Notes: generated by a model not told the origin, from the letters alone. 60,297 bases of DNA from a virus (IMGVR_UViG_3300017941_000009:1-60297), one strand, 5' to 3'. Numbered from the stretch's first letter, positions 17,907-27,342 are shown. Program-made: numbers and translations.

Positions 17907-18646
17907 ACCCCTCGACGGATCTCACGATCGTGACGACCGTCACGAGCGGCTACGCGAAGTTCCTGCCGGAGTGGGCGGCCAGCCTCGCGGCGCTGAAGTC
18001 GCCGGCGGCGGTCGGCATCATTCTGGGCAACGGCCTGGGCAAGAGGGGCCGGGACATCTGTGCGGCGGTGGAGAACCCCAAGGGGGCGACACCCCTGTAC
18101 TACACCGATGCCGCCTTCATGCCCTGTGGGCAGGCGCGCAACCTCGCAGTGGGATCCTCGGCGACTCGCTGGGTGATGCACCTCGACGCCGACGATACGC
18201 TCCTGCCCGATGCCCTCGAGACCATCGCCGCGGTGGGCGACGACGCCGACGTCATCCAGCTCGGGTACGAGCACTGGTGGCCCGGCAACCCCCACGGCTA
18301 CCCGCGGAAGCGGCTGTACGAGGCGTGCACGGGCCTCGAGGCGCTGGATGCGAAGGCGATCGCCTCGGGCTGCTCACCGTTCCGGAAGAGTCTGTGGGAG
18401 CAGTGGCGCTACCCGGAGCAGCTCGAGGCGAGCTGGGACTACGGCCTCTGGCTGGGCTTCGCGCACCTCGGTGCGCGGTTCCGGCCGACGAAGCGTCCTG
18501 TGTTCAAGTACCGGCAGTGGGGCGGGTCGCACTGGCGGAGGGTGGGGCAGCACCGACACGAGAACCTCCTCGCGCTGCGGCGGTGCCTCGAGGCTGATTT
18601 CGCCGGCGCGCAGCAGGTGAACCTTCTCCTCGGAGCGATCTCGTGA
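17903..18646 (+). CDS. GT-A (GT2-like) glycosyltransferase
   Basis: LTIVT...ARNLAV...WVMHLDADD (DxD)...WDYGLWL...FKYRQW. Confidence 0.88.
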   Translation: MNPSTDLTIVTTVTSGYAKFLPEWAASLAALKSPAAVGIILGNGLGKRGRDICAAVENPKGATPLYYTDAAFMPCGQARNLAVGSSATRWVMHLDADDTLLPDALETIAAVGDDADVIQLGYEHWWPGNPHGYPRKRLYEACTGLEALDAKAIASGCSPFRKSLWEQWRYPEQLEASWDYGLWLGFAHLGARFRPTKRPVFKYRQWGGSHWRRVGQHRHENLLALRRCLEADFAGAQQVNLLLGAIS

Positions 18647-19398
18647 GCACTGTGCAACGACGGCGCGCCCACGCCCCAGAGGACGGGTACGACTTCGGCA
18701 ACAAGCGCCAGTACCGACGGACCATCTGGAATGGCTTCGCGCAGCTGGGGACAGATGGACACGCGCTCCTCATGCCAGCCCTGGAAGGTGATGAGATCGA
18801 CGAGGCGTTGCGTCACGGGTTCCGCGAGGACCACCTCCACGTCGTGGACCACAACCCCGCAGTGGTGGCAACCCTCAAGCGGCGCTACCCTCGCATCCAT
18901 ACCTACGGCGTGGACGTCGTGCGCGCCTGTCGTCGCATAGCGAAGAAGGGGATAGACCTCGTCGCCGCCAACTTCGACTTCTGTGGCCCCGTCTCCCCTG
19001 CGCTCTTTCAACGGGTCCAGCGCGTGGCAGCGATGCACTGTTGGGCTCCCCGGTCACGCCTCGCCGTGACGGTCCTGCGGGGTCGCGAACATGGGACGGC
19101 TCGTACGTGGCTCAGGCGGCGCCTGTTCCTCCAGACGGGACATAACTTCTGGCGCGGATCTGAAGTACGGGCGCTGGCATACGGGAGACCTTCCATCGCG
19201 GATCGTGCTCGCATCGGCGCGGTCGGTGAGGCGTTGATGGATTGGGGCTTCGCCTATGATCCTATGAAGATGACGGTTTGGCTGAGTCGAATCGGGACGT
19301 ACCGTAGTATCGCGGGCAACCAGACGATGCTCTGGATGATGTTCGAGAACGTGCGTGAGGGTGATGGACTCGGTGGCCCTGATGAGGAGGTGCGGTGA
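18643..19398 (+). CDS. Putative class I SAM-methyltransferase-like protein
   Basis: Rossmann-like order LLMP..EG / LHVVDHN / ANFDFCG; weak call. Confidence 0.45.
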   Translation: MSTVQRRRAHAPEDGYDFGNKRQYRRTIWNGFAQLGTDGHALLMPALEGDEIDEALRHGFREDHLHVVDHNPAVVATLKRRYPRIHTYGVDVVRACRRIAKKGIDLVAANFDFCGPVSPALFQRVQRVAAMHCWAPRSRLAVTVLRGREHGTARTWLRRRLFLQTGHNFWRGSEVRALAYGRPSIADRARIGAVGEALMDWGFAYDPMKMTVWLSRIGTYRSIAGNQTMLWMMFENVREGDGLGGPDEEVR

Positions 19399-19571
19399 AG
19401 CAGATCCTCGTCCAACTCCACGACGGCGACACCGTCGTGCCGAAGATGGATGGCTACGTCCTCGAGTGTTGCGGGTGCGGCCGGCGGCATAAGCTGGTGT
19501 TCCACGTGACGCGAGCGGGCCGGGCGAACCACGTGGCGTTCACGATCACGCGGCTGCGGAGGAAGCGATGA
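19395..19571 (+). CDS. Small CCxC..H zinc-binding protein
   Basis: YVLECCGCGRRHKLVF; GAGGAGG SD; coupled at both ends. Confidence 0.55.
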   Translation: MKQILVQLHDGDTVVPKMDGYVLECCGCGRRHKLVFHVTRAGRANHVAFTITRLRRKR

Positions 19572-19653
19572 GCGTCCTGCGCGACATCCTGCATGGCATC
19601 AAGCTCCTGTACTGGGACTATCCGCGCGACTTCATCCGCATCCTGAGGGGCCG

Positions 19654-20673
19654 GTGAAGCACCTCCTGTTTGTGCTGGCACTGGCCGCGTGCGCCGCGGC
19701 ACCGACCGCGCCGGCGCACCGGGCCTGCGACTCGTGCCTGGTGCAGGATCGCCTGGCGGCCGATGCGAGCCTGGCCCTCCCCGACAGCCTGACCACCGTC
19801 GTAGTGAAGACCTACGATGGCGCGAACCAGGTCGTGCACCCCGATGCGATCGCGTTCCCGGTGCCGCTCCACGGCTGGCGCTACGGCCTCCTGGCGATGC
19901 CCTACCCGCCGCGGGAGGGCCGGGACCAGGTCGAGCGGCCCTCGCTCTGGGTGAGTAACAACCGGCGGTACTGGACGACGGTCACGGACAGCACGAAGAA
20001 TCCCATCGCTGCCGCTGTGCGCGGTCATATCTTGTCCGACAATTCCATCTTGTACGACACGGCGTTGGGCGGGTTGCGGATCTACTACCGCGAGAACGTG
20101 CCCAACACCCCGGACCACGTCCTCACGAAGACCTCGCCGGATGGGGGGCTGACGTGGAGTGCGGCCCGTGAGGTCCTCGCACCGGGCCCCAATGACGGCT
20201 TCCACGAGTTCGCCTATCTCTCGCCGACCGAGGTCTACCACCGGATGTGGTACGTCTCGGCGCAGGACGGCTGCTATTCGACGGCTTCTCTGCTCCACGA
20301 GCGGTCCTCGGTCGATGGCGAGCACTGGGGTGCGGAGACCACGGACAGTCTCGTGCAGCCGGGCTACGTGCCCTGGCACATCAACATCGTCTACGATGCG
20401 GCCAGCAGGCAGTACCTTGGCCTCCTCGCCGCTTTCCATCCCGCCGATGGCTGCGCGGCCACGGACCTGTTCCTGATCACGAGCGTGGATGGCACGCACT
20501 GGATGACGTATCCTCAGCCCCTGATGCGTGCGGCGTACGAGTCGACGTTCGTTGACCACGACGCGCAGGGGGCGACGATCCTGTTCTCGCGCATCGGGCC
20601 GGCGAACGGGGTGTTCACGCTGGCCATCCAGCACTACGCCTGGGCGGACCTGTACCAGAGGGTGACCCAATGA
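19654..20673 (+). CDS. Lipoprotein with Asp-box beta-propeller (glycosidase-like)
   Basis: Lipobox MKHLLFVLALAAC; Asp-boxes TSPDGGLTWS, SSVDGEHWG, TSVDGTHW; VVHPD motif. Confidence 0.72.
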   Translation: MKHLLFVLALAACAAAPTAPAHRACDSCLVQDRLAADASLALPDSLTTVVVKTYDGANQVVHPDAIAFPVPLHGWRYGLLAMPYPPREGRDQVERPSLWVSNNRRYWTTVTDSTKNPIAAAVRGHILSDNSILYDTALGGLRIYYRENVPNTPDHVLTKTSPDGGLTWSAAREVLAPGPNDGFHEFAYLSPTEVYHRMWYVSAQDGCYSTASLLHERSSVDGEHWGAETTDSLVQPGYVPWHINIVYDAASRQYLGLLAAFHPADGCAATDLFLITSVDGTHWMTYPQPLMRAAYESTFVDHDAQGATILFSRIGPANGVFTLAIQHYAWADLYQRVTQ

Positions 20674-20903
20674 CGATCCCGGGACAGATCGGGACGTGGA
20701 CCAGCCCGAGCGGCGAGGTGGTGCCGATCGTGGAGCCGGCGATCAACACGCACGTGACCTGGGATGTCACGGCGGTGCTCGACGGCGTGATCCTGCCGAT
20801 GAACGTGGCGTACGCCAGCCTCCTGGCGCAGCGCGACTACTGGCGGCGCAAGGCGGACGAGGCGCGCACGGCGCTCGCCGACCAGAAGTCGGGCGGCCTG
20901 TGA
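20670..20903 (+). CDS. Hypothetical protein
   Basis: ATGA-coupled. Confidence 0.55.
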   Translation: MTIPGQIGTWTSPSGEVVPIVEPAINTHVTWDVTAVLDGVILPMNVAYASLLAQRDYWRRKADEARTALADQKSGGL

Positions 20904-21105
20904 ACGGGAAGGGCTCGGCGCGGCGGCCCGCGGCCTTCGTGCCGCGGTGCGGGACGGTGCGGCACGTCTTCCTCGCCGGCTACGACCGCTGCGTCTGCGG
21001 CGAGCGCAAGCTCTCGGTGCCGCTGTACCGCGGCACGCTTCACCCGGTGGAGATTCCCTCGGAGTTCTATGAGGAGATTCTCCCCCTTGAGGCTCGGAGG
21101 AGGCG

Positions 21106-21840
21106 GTGAGCGTTCACGTTTTCTACACGCCGCACCCGGACGACGAGACGCTCGGGATGGCCGGCGCGATTGCGCGGGCCAAGCGCGAGGGCCACCGCGT
21201 GGTGCTCGTGCTCCTGACGGACTCCATGCCGAGCAAGCGGTTGCAGCGGATCTTCCGGGGTGAGCTCCTCTGCCCGATCCACAACCGCTTCCACGTCTCG
21301 CCGGTGGACCTCGGGAAGGCGAGGATGGCGGAGTTCCGGGCGGCCGCGCGCAAGCTAGGGGTGGACGAGGTGAGCGAGGTCCACATCCCCGAGCAGATCA
21401 TCAGTGAGGACCGGGGTGGCTTCCTCGACAGCATCGTGGCGACTGTGCGGGGCTACGAGGCGCGCTACCCCGGCGCGGTGCACCACTTGGTGAGCGGCGA
21501 CCGCGACATCGCGATGCCGAACCTCCAAGAGACACACCGCACGCACCGGCTCTGCTGGGAGGCGGGACTGCAGCTCGCCGGCGAGGGGCTGCAGGTGCTG
21601 TTCCACCGTGTCTACGTCTACCGCCTGCCGCTGAAGTCGCGCTTTGAGGGAGTGCCGTGGTCTACGGCACCGCGGGTCGAGGTACTGGACGATGAGCTGA
21701 TGAGCGTGAAGCGGGCGGCGCTGGGGGCGTACCAAGTCTGGGATCCCCCGCGGGATCGCATCGCCTTCGCCTACCACTCGGTGCCGGATCTCTTCGAGGG
21801 AGCCGGCAGCGACCCGCACGAGTACGTGGACCTGCCGTGA
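21106..21840 (+). CDS. PIG-L/LmbE family N-deacetylase
   Basis: YTPHPDDETLGMAG, R..E...A...LG and HRTH motifs. Confidence 0.92.
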   Translation: MSVHVFYTPHPDDETLGMAGAIARAKREGHRVVLVLLTDSMPSKRLQRIFRGELLCPIHNRFHVSPVDLGKARMAEFRAAARKLGVDEVSEVHIPEQIISEDRGGFLDSIVATVRGYEARYPGAVHHLVSGDRDIAMPNLQETHRTHRLCWEAGLQLAGEGLQVLFHRVYVYRLPLKSRFEGVPWSTAPRVEVLDDELMSVKRAALGAYQVWDPPRDRIAFAYHSVPDLFEGAGSDPHEYVDLP

Positions 21841-21845
21841 GTGGG

Positions 21846-22010
21846 TCAGCCGCGGCGCGCGAGCACCTTGAGGTGGGTCACGTGCGTCTTGTGGCGCAGG
21901 TGGAACTGGTGCATCAGTTGGCGGCCGAACTCCTGCATCGCGCGGAGTATCACCACCTGCTGGTGCGCGAGGTGCTTGACGTGGGCAACGTGGTCGGTAT
22001 GCGCGGACAT
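21846..22010 (-). CDS. His-rich peptide B (54 aa, HxxH periodicity)
   Basis: MSAHTDHVAHVKHLAHQQVVILRAMQEFGRQLMHQFHLRHKTHVTHLKVLARRG*; AGGGAGG SD; paralog of peptide A. Confidence 0.75.
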   Translation of the reverse strand: MSAHTDHVAHVKHLAHQQVVILRAMQEFGRQLMHQFHLRHKTHVTHLKVLARRG

Positions 22011-22022
22011 CGGAACCTCCCT

Positions 22023-22169
22023 TTAGTGGCGCCTGGCGAGCACCCGCTTGTGGCGCAAGTGGATGAGGTGCTGGTAGTGGTAGATGATGTGGCGCACCAT
22101 GATGTCGTACTGGCGCGCCAAGTACGCGACGTGGTTCAGGTGCTTGACGTGGTCGGTATGCGCGGACAC
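22023..22169 (-). CDS. His-rich peptide A (48 aa, HxxH periodicity)
   Basis: MSAHTDHVKHLNHVAYLARQYDIMVRHIIYHYQHLIHLRHKRVLARRH*; GAGAGGG SD before GTG. Confidence 0.75.
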   Translation of the reverse strand: MSAHTDHVKHLNHVAYLARQYDIMVRHIIYHYQHLIHLRHKRVLARRH

Positions 22170-22244
22170 GGGGCCCTCTCTCGGGATGAACAGTGAAAGG
22201 CGCGGTACTATGATGATGCGCGATGCACGCACGAGCAAGACGCC

Positions 22245-22517
22245 GTGAGCGTCTACGTCGATCACGTGCGGAACTGGGGCTGGAGGCTGGGGCCGAACGC
22301 GCACCTGTTCGCGGACTCTCTCGAGGAGCTGCACGCCTTCGCCCGCACACTGGGACTGCGGAGCGACTGGTTCCAGAACCGACCGGACTTCCCGCACTAT
22401 GACTTGACGGGGAGGCGGCACGCTGCGGCGCTCCGTCATGGAGCCACGCTGGTCAGCAACCAGTTCGTGTTCGAGCGCCTGCAGGTCAACCGTGCAGCGC
22501 GAGAGGCAACGCCGTGA
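22245..22517 (+). CDS. DUF4031 family protein
   Basis: VYVD...HLFADSLEELHAFARTLGLRSDWFQ...PHYDLT...A...GA. Confidence 0.88.
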   Translation: MSVYVDHVRNWGWRLGPNAHLFADSLEELHAFARTLGLRSDWFQNRPDFPHYDLTGRRHAAALRHGATLVSNQFVFERLQVNRAAREATP

Positions 22518-23245
22518 AGGTCTCGATCCTCCTCCCGGCCCATGAGCGGCCGGCGCTGCTGATGCAGGCGATCGCCAGTGCCAGCGCGCAGGAGTTCCTG
22601 GCTGACGAGTACGAGATCGTCGTCGTCCACGACGGCCTCGATGCCGACTGGCTGCCGGTCTCGGACTGGGGGCCTCCCGTGCTGCGCGTCCACGCGATCC
22701 CGCACAAGAGCCTCGGCGCCGCCATCAACGCCGCGGCAAACCTGGCGCGTGGCGACTACCTGACGGTCCTGCCGGACGACGACCTAATCCGGCCGCACAA
22801 GCTGCGCGTTCTGATGGCGGCGCTCGAGGCGCACCCCGAAGCAGATGGTGTGTACGCCCGGCCCCAGTACATCAACGGGGACGGCGAGCCGATCGAGACG
22901 CCCGCCCGGCTCCGCGAGTGGCTGCTCGAGCATCCAGTTGTCACGCCGGCGAGCTTCGCCAGGGACGGGTTGATGGTCCACGGGGTCGCGACAATGTACC
23001 GGCGCGCGGCGTGGCTCAGCACGGGCCCGTGGGATGAGACCCTGCCGACCGCAGAGGAGTGGGAGTGGCACGTGCGGTTCTTCTACACGGGACACACGCT
23101 GGTCGCGGTGGACGCCGTGACGGACTACTACCGGGTGCACGACGCGCAGAAGAGCCGGCGGAAGGCCCGCGGCCAACGCACGCGGCGGGAGGTCCTCGCC
23201 GGGATCCGCCGGCGCTATAGCCCCTGGCCCGAGCAGTACCGATGA
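22514..23245 (+). CDS. GT2 glycosyltransferase
   Basis: KVSILLPAHER...EIVVVHDG...AINAA...ARGDYLTVLPDDD...EEWEW...YRVH. Confidence 0.92.
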   Translation: MKVSILLPAHERPALLMQAIASASAQEFLADEYEIVVVHDGLDADWLPVSDWGPPVLRVHAIPHKSLGAAINAAANLARGDYLTVLPDDDLIRPHKLRVLMAALEAHPEADGVYARPQYINGDGEPIETPARLREWLLEHPVVTPASFARDGLMVHGVATMYRRAAWLSTGPWDETLPTAEEWEWHVRFFYTGHTLVAVDAVTDYYRVHDAQKSRRKARGQRTRREVLAGIRRRYSPWPEQYR

Positions 23246-23754
23246 ATCAGCTTGTGTACCGCGACGAGAACCTCGAGCTCTGGCACGGCCATGCGGCCGA
23301 TTACGAGGGGCGGCGGCCAGACCTCATCTTCACGAATCCCCAGGCGTGGCTGCCGAAGACCTTCTCGGGTGTGCCGATGCTGCTGCACCAGCGACTGTGC
23401 CGCAAGAGGGCTTTGGCGCGCTGGGCGCACGTCCACGAGCGCGACCTCCATCTCATCAGCCTGTGGAACAATGGGCGTGAGGCGTTCTGGACCGTGAACA
23501 TCGAGGTGCCGTGCTGGGTGGAGCTCGGCCGGTATGTCCCGGACCCGCCCGGCCGGTGGCCACTGGGCCTCGCGGACAGCCTGCTGGAGGTCTACGGTAC
23601 GGTGGGTGGCTTACTCTGGGACGGGTTCATGGGCCGTGGCACGGGAGCCAAGGCGGCACTCGGCGCGGGGATGTACTACGTGGGCATCGAGTGCCGGTCG
23701 GAAGCCATCGAACTGGCACGGGCCTATCTCCACCTCGCTCCGGCGGGCGTGTGA
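23242..23754 (+). CDS. Degenerate N4/N6 DNA-methyltransferase-like protein
   Basis: DLIFTNPQA sits where DPPY is expected; motif I LWDGFMGRGT and YVGIE are retained; very short. Confidence 0.65.
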   Translation: MNQLVYRDENLELWHGHAADYEGRRPDLIFTNPQAWLPKTFSGVPMLLHQRLCRKRALARWAHVHERDLHLISLWNNGREAFWTVNIEVPCWVELGRYVPDPPGRWPLGLADSLLEVYGTVGGLLWDGFMGRGTGAKAALGAGMYYVGIECRSEAIELARAYLHLAPAGV

Positions 23755-25538
23755 AGCCGCCACCGAGTCCGTGGGAGGACCGGCACCCCGAGGGGCTGGT
23801 CCTTCGGCCTTGGCGGCCGGCGCCAGAGCCCCGGACGCTCGTCTCCTGCACCATCCTGCGCTCGCGGGACGTCCCGCTCTGGCTCGAGCGGGCGCCGAGC
23901 TGGCGACCGGGGGTGGACCGCTCGATCGTGGTCCTGGGGTCGTGGAGCGAGAAGGAGCCCTCTGCGGTAATCGAAGGTGCCTCGAAGCAGCTCACCGCGC
24001 TGGGCGTGAAGGTGATCCTGCCTCCCGCCGGAGGCTGGCCGGACCAGATCGCCAAGCGATCGGCCTACTTCGCCCGGCTGTCCCCTGGAGAGGTCGCCTT
24101 CATCGTCGATGCGGACGAAGAGCTCGTAGAAGGGCCCGAGGCGCTGCGCCAGGCGGCCGCGGGGGCGTTTGACGTGGGGTGGCTGACCATCGAGGCCCAC
24201 CCGCGGTACGAGCGCGTCTACGGGCAGCCCAGGCTCTTCCTGGTGCCTCCGGAGGGATTGCTCTATCGGGAGCGCCATCACTGGGTATTCACTACCGACG
24301 GCCGGCTGGTGGCGGGCCACAGCTACGGGGGAACCGGCTGGCTGCACGAGCGGGTGCCGCTCACCCTCATCAACCAGGGCGGGAAGCGCCTGCTGGCGCA
24401 CCGGCGGCAAGTGCAGAAGGAGCAGCAGTTCAAGCACTCCGCGTTGGACAGCGGGGCGGACAAGATCGAGCCGTTGTTCATCGCCCAGGTGATGCGGTAC
24501 GACGCGGGGCTGGCCGCCTACCGGCTGCACAGTGCGATCAACTCCACGACGCGAGAGCGCAGCCTGATGCTGTGCGAGGCGGGGAACAACCCCCTCGCCG
24601 GGCCGCTGCAGTACGACCTCGCCGACCGCAGTCTGGCGCGGGGGATCATGGCCGGCGCCGACATCCTGCACTGTCACCTCGACTACACCGGCCTCGCTGC
24701 CGTGGGCGGCCATCCCGACCAGCCGGTGATCATCCACCATCATGGCACGATGTACCGCCGGGATCCCGAGCGGGCGGACCTGCTCGACCGGCGGGCGGCG
24801 CTGCGGCTCGCCAGCACGATGAACCTCCTGCTGCTCGACAAGACCGGCACGCTCCAGTGGCTGCCGAACCCCGTGCCCGTGGCGCTCTACCGCCGAATGG
24901 CAGCCGCGGCGCACGCCGAGCGCCAGGGCCTCGCGCACGAAGTGTGGATCGCGCACTCGCCCAGCAAGCCGAAGCTGAAAGGCACAGGCGAACTCCTGGC
25001 CGTTGTGGAACGCCTGCGGAAGAAGCGTCTCAAGGTGCGGCTGCAGCTCACGATGGGCGTGCCGCACGCCCAAGCACTGTGGACGAAGGCGGCGTGCGAC
25101 CTGTGCTTCGATAGCTTCTGGCTGGGGATCCAGGTCTCGGGGCTCGAGGCGGCAGCGATGGGCCAGCCGGTGCTCGCCGGCGATCAGGACACCGCCGACG
25201 AGTACGTGCGGCGCGTGGGGTCCCTGCCGTACACCTTCGTCACGCCGGAGACGCTGGAGGAGGTCCTCGAGCGGCTGGTCGTGGACGCGGACCACCGGGC
25301 GGAGGAGGCGGCGCGCGTCGGCGCCTATGTGCTGCAGTACCACGACGAGCCGGCGGTCGCACGACGCTACCTCGAGCTCGTGCGCGCAGCGCTGGCCGGG
25401 CAGTGGCGGCGTCGGCTGCGGGACGCCGTGGACACCGAGCGCAAAGTGCTGGCGAAGGCACTGCGGCAGGACGTGAAGACGGATGTGCAGGTCGTCGGTA
25501 CGGACTTCCGCTTGGGCCCGCGCGTGCGATCGCTGTAA
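23751..25538 (+). CDS. Fused GT-A + GT-B glycosyltransferase
   Basis: N-terminal FIVDADE; C-terminal IAHSPSKPKLKGT...CFDSFWLG...SGLEAAAMGQPVL. Confidence 0.85.
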   Translation: MKPPPSPWEDRHPEGLVLRPWRPAPEPRTLVSCTILRSRDVPLWLERAPSWRPGVDRSIVVLGSWSEKEPSAVIEGASKQLTALGVKVILPPAGGWPDQIAKRSAYFARLSPGEVAFIVDADEELVEGPEALRQAAAGAFDVGWLTIEAHPRYERVYGQPRLFLVPPEGLLYRERHHWVFTTDGRLVAGHSYGGTGWLHERVPLTLINQGGKRLLAHRRQVQKEQQFKHSALDSGADKIEPLFIAQVMRYDAGLAAYRLHSAINSTTRERSLMLCEAGNNPLAGPLQYDLADRSLARGIMAGADILHCHLDYTGLAAVGGHPDQPVIIHHHGTMYRRDPERADLLDRRAALRLASTMNLLLLDKTGTLQWLPNPVPVALYRRMAAAAHAERQGLAHEVWIAHSPSKPKLKGTGELLAVVERLRKKRLKVRLQLTMGVPHAQALWTKAACDLCFDSFWLGIQVSGLEAAAMGQPVLAGDQDTADEYVRRVGSLPYTFVTPETLEEVLERLVVDADHRAEEAARVGAYVLQYHDEPAVARRYLELVRAALAGQWRRRLRDAVDTERKVLAKALRQDVKTDVQVVGTDFRLGPRVRSL

Positions 25539-25545
25539 CGGTGAC

Positions 25546-25574
25546 TTGATACGGTTCCGCGGGACCCGTACCGT
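25546..25574 (+). promoter_or_regulatory. Putative promoter upstream of the tail block
   Basis: TTGATA-17 bp-TACCGT with an imperfect palindrome in the spacer. Confidence 0.4.
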
Positions 25575-25595
25575 AGACTCCACGAAGGGGGACGC

Positions 25596-26141
25596 ATGGC
25601 CGGACGGAACGGTGGACGACTGTGGTTGCCGCACGGGGTGGGGCACACACCCCAGCCGGGAGACGAGGGGCACGCCGCGGATCTCCGCGACGTGATGACG
25701 ATCGAGGAGTGGCTGGCAAAGCCGGAGACGCTCGTCACGCGGCGCGAAGCGGCCGCCTTCTGTGAAGCGGTCATCCAGGACCAGGTGCGCGCGGTCTGCC
25801 AGTACGTGGTGGACCACAACAACGCGAAGATCGAGCGGTTCGTCATCTGTACGATCGGCGAGCGCATCCTCGACTACCACGCGCAGCGCTGGTATCGCCG
25901 GCTGTGGCGGTGGATTGCTACCTTCGGGCATCGGCCGATGATGGCACCCGTTCGGGAATCGGCTAGCAGCCTCGCGCAGCACCTCGCCGCAGGAGAACCC
26001 GGCGGCGTGCGGGACGTGCAGTCCCGCATTGCGGAGATTGACCGCCTGCTGGAGGCGGGTGATGCGGGCGAGGAGATGGGGCGGCTCCTCGATGAGCGGC
26101 GCTTGCTCGAAGACCAGCTACCCAAGAGCGCACCCGAATGA
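25596..26141 (+). CDS. Hypothetical protein
   Basis: AAGGGGG SD; helical. Confidence 0.65.
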   Translation: MAGRNGGRLWLPHGVGHTPQPGDEGHAADLRDVMTIEEWLAKPETLVTRREAAAFCEAVIQDQVRAVCQYVVDHNNAKIERFVICTIGERILDYHAQRWYRRLWRWIATFGHRPMMAPVRESASSLAQHLAAGEPGGVRDVQSRIAEIDRLLEAGDAGEEMGRLLDERRLLEDQLPKSAPE

Positions 26142-26488
26142 CCAGCGCCGTGGTGAACGTCCTCATCGTGGCGTTCGTCGGCTGGATCCTCGCGGCGCTG
26201 ATGGTCGGGCTCTGGCTCGGTGAGCGTGGCCGGCGCGCCGCGGCTGAGCGGCTGGTGGTGTACGGCAGTCCGGATGCAGGTGCAGGGACGCAGCCGGTCA
26301 GCCGGGCCCCCTCGAAGGAGGCGGAGGATCGCCTCAGGGACGTGGAGTTCGAGTTCTCGGAGGAGACGGTCAGTCGGGCGATGGCGGACCTCAAGGTCGC
26401 CGCTGATGCCCAGGGTCTCACCGTCAGCGAGGACCAGCTCCGCAACGAAGCGCTGCGGCTGCTGGGCGGGCAGAGCGTAGACGAGTAG
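26138..26488 (+). CDS. Membrane-anchored hypothetical protein
   Basis: N-terminal TM helix, ATGA coupling. Confidence 0.65.
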   Translation: MTSAVVNVLIVAFVGWILAALMVGLWLGERGRRAAAERLVVYGSPDAGAGTQPVSRAPSKEAEDRLRDVEFEFSEETVSRAMADLKVAADAQGLTVSEDQLRNEALRLLGGQSVDE

Positions 26489-26498
26489 TCGCGTGCCG

Positions 26499-26597
26499 AC
26501 ATAGCCCCGCCGAGTCGGCGGGGCCCGGAGAACCGACACGAAGGCCCGGTGTAGCCGCAACGCGCGCGGCGCACCGGGCCTTTGGACGTTGGGGGAG
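26499..26597 (+). promoter_or_regulatory. Structured leader motif, copy A
   Basis: ACATAG-hairpin-CCGGAGAACCGACACGAAGGCCCGG-hairpin-TTT...CGTT-GGGGG SD; second copy at 40989. Confidence 0.65.
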
Positions 26598-26604
26598 AAC
26601 GGCG

Positions 26605-27333
26605 ATGCCAGTTACCACGACCCCGATGAATATCATCACGGCGGCGTACAACTACAGCTCGAAGAACAAGCCGGGGACGATCGCCACGGAGGCGACCGAG
26701 CTCCTGCAGCTCGTGATCCGGCGCTTGCGGCGCCTGTACGCGCTGGCGCCGCGCATCAACTACACCTACTTCGCGGGCTTCGCGGAGGTGGATGCCAACG
26801 CCGAGAGCGGCGGGCCGGAGGATGAGGGCTGGGAGCGGCCCCAGGAAGCGGAGTCCGTCTTCCGCATCGAGCGCACCAGTCACACCGTGGGTGGTCAGGG
26901 CAAGCCGCGCGACGAGGTGAAGATCGTCGGCTACGACGACGTGAAGGCCGAGGAGGGATACGGCTGCGTGTTCCGCATGGGCCAGACGTACTTCTCAGCC
27001 GGCAATCCCCTCGATCCGACCGGCGGGCAGCTCCGCATCTTCTTCAGCCGGCGGCCGACCGATCCTACGACCGTCAACGACCCGCTTGACGTGCAGTGGA
27101 CCGAGCAGTTCAACGACCTACTGATACTCGATGTGGCGGCGTACCTCGCGGCGAAAGATGGCCGGGACGCCGAGGCGGCGAGCCTGCGCGCGGAGCGCAA
27201 GGAGTGGCTGCAGCAGTTCGTGATGTTCCTCGAGCACTGCGAGGCCAACGAGGTGCGGCGGCTGGCCAATGTGCGGCGCTTCAACACGAACACCCTGGTG
27301 CCGCTGACCACCTTCCTGCCCGCGGCCGGGTAA
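26605..27333 (+). CDS. Head-tail adaptor / tail ring-like protein 1
   Basis: N-terminal helix pair, central beta region, C-terminal EQFNDLLILDVAAYLAAK pattern typical of podovirus adaptors. Confidence 0.6.
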   Translation: MPVTTTPMNIITAAYNYSSKNKPGTIATEATELLQLVIRRLRRLYALAPRINYTYFAGFAEVDANAESGGPEDEGWERPQEAESVFRIERTSHTVGGQGKPRDEVKIVGYDDVKAEEGYGCVFRMGQTYFSAGNPLDPTGGQLRIFFSRRPTDPTTVNDPLDVQWTEQFNDLLILDVAAYLAAKDGRDAEAASLRAERKEWLQQFVMFLEHCEANEVRRLANVRRFNTNTLVPLTTFLPAAG

Positions 27334-27342
27334 GGGGCACCG

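Noticed and set aside
21837-22196. Plus-strand 119-aa Val/His-rich ORF with an internal repeat
   Set aside because: Best explained as the antisense mirror of the two His-rich peptides, which have SDs, matched starts and stops, and a conserved His register. Kept only as a possible bridging frame.
23724-25982. Long minus-strand ORFs (also 14323..15771, 28084..29955, 36963..38417, 42769..44379, 47810..50035, 50864..52819) and plus-strand 9298..10800
   Set aside because: Shadow frames of well-supported opposite-strand genes in high-GC DNA; no motifs or SDs.
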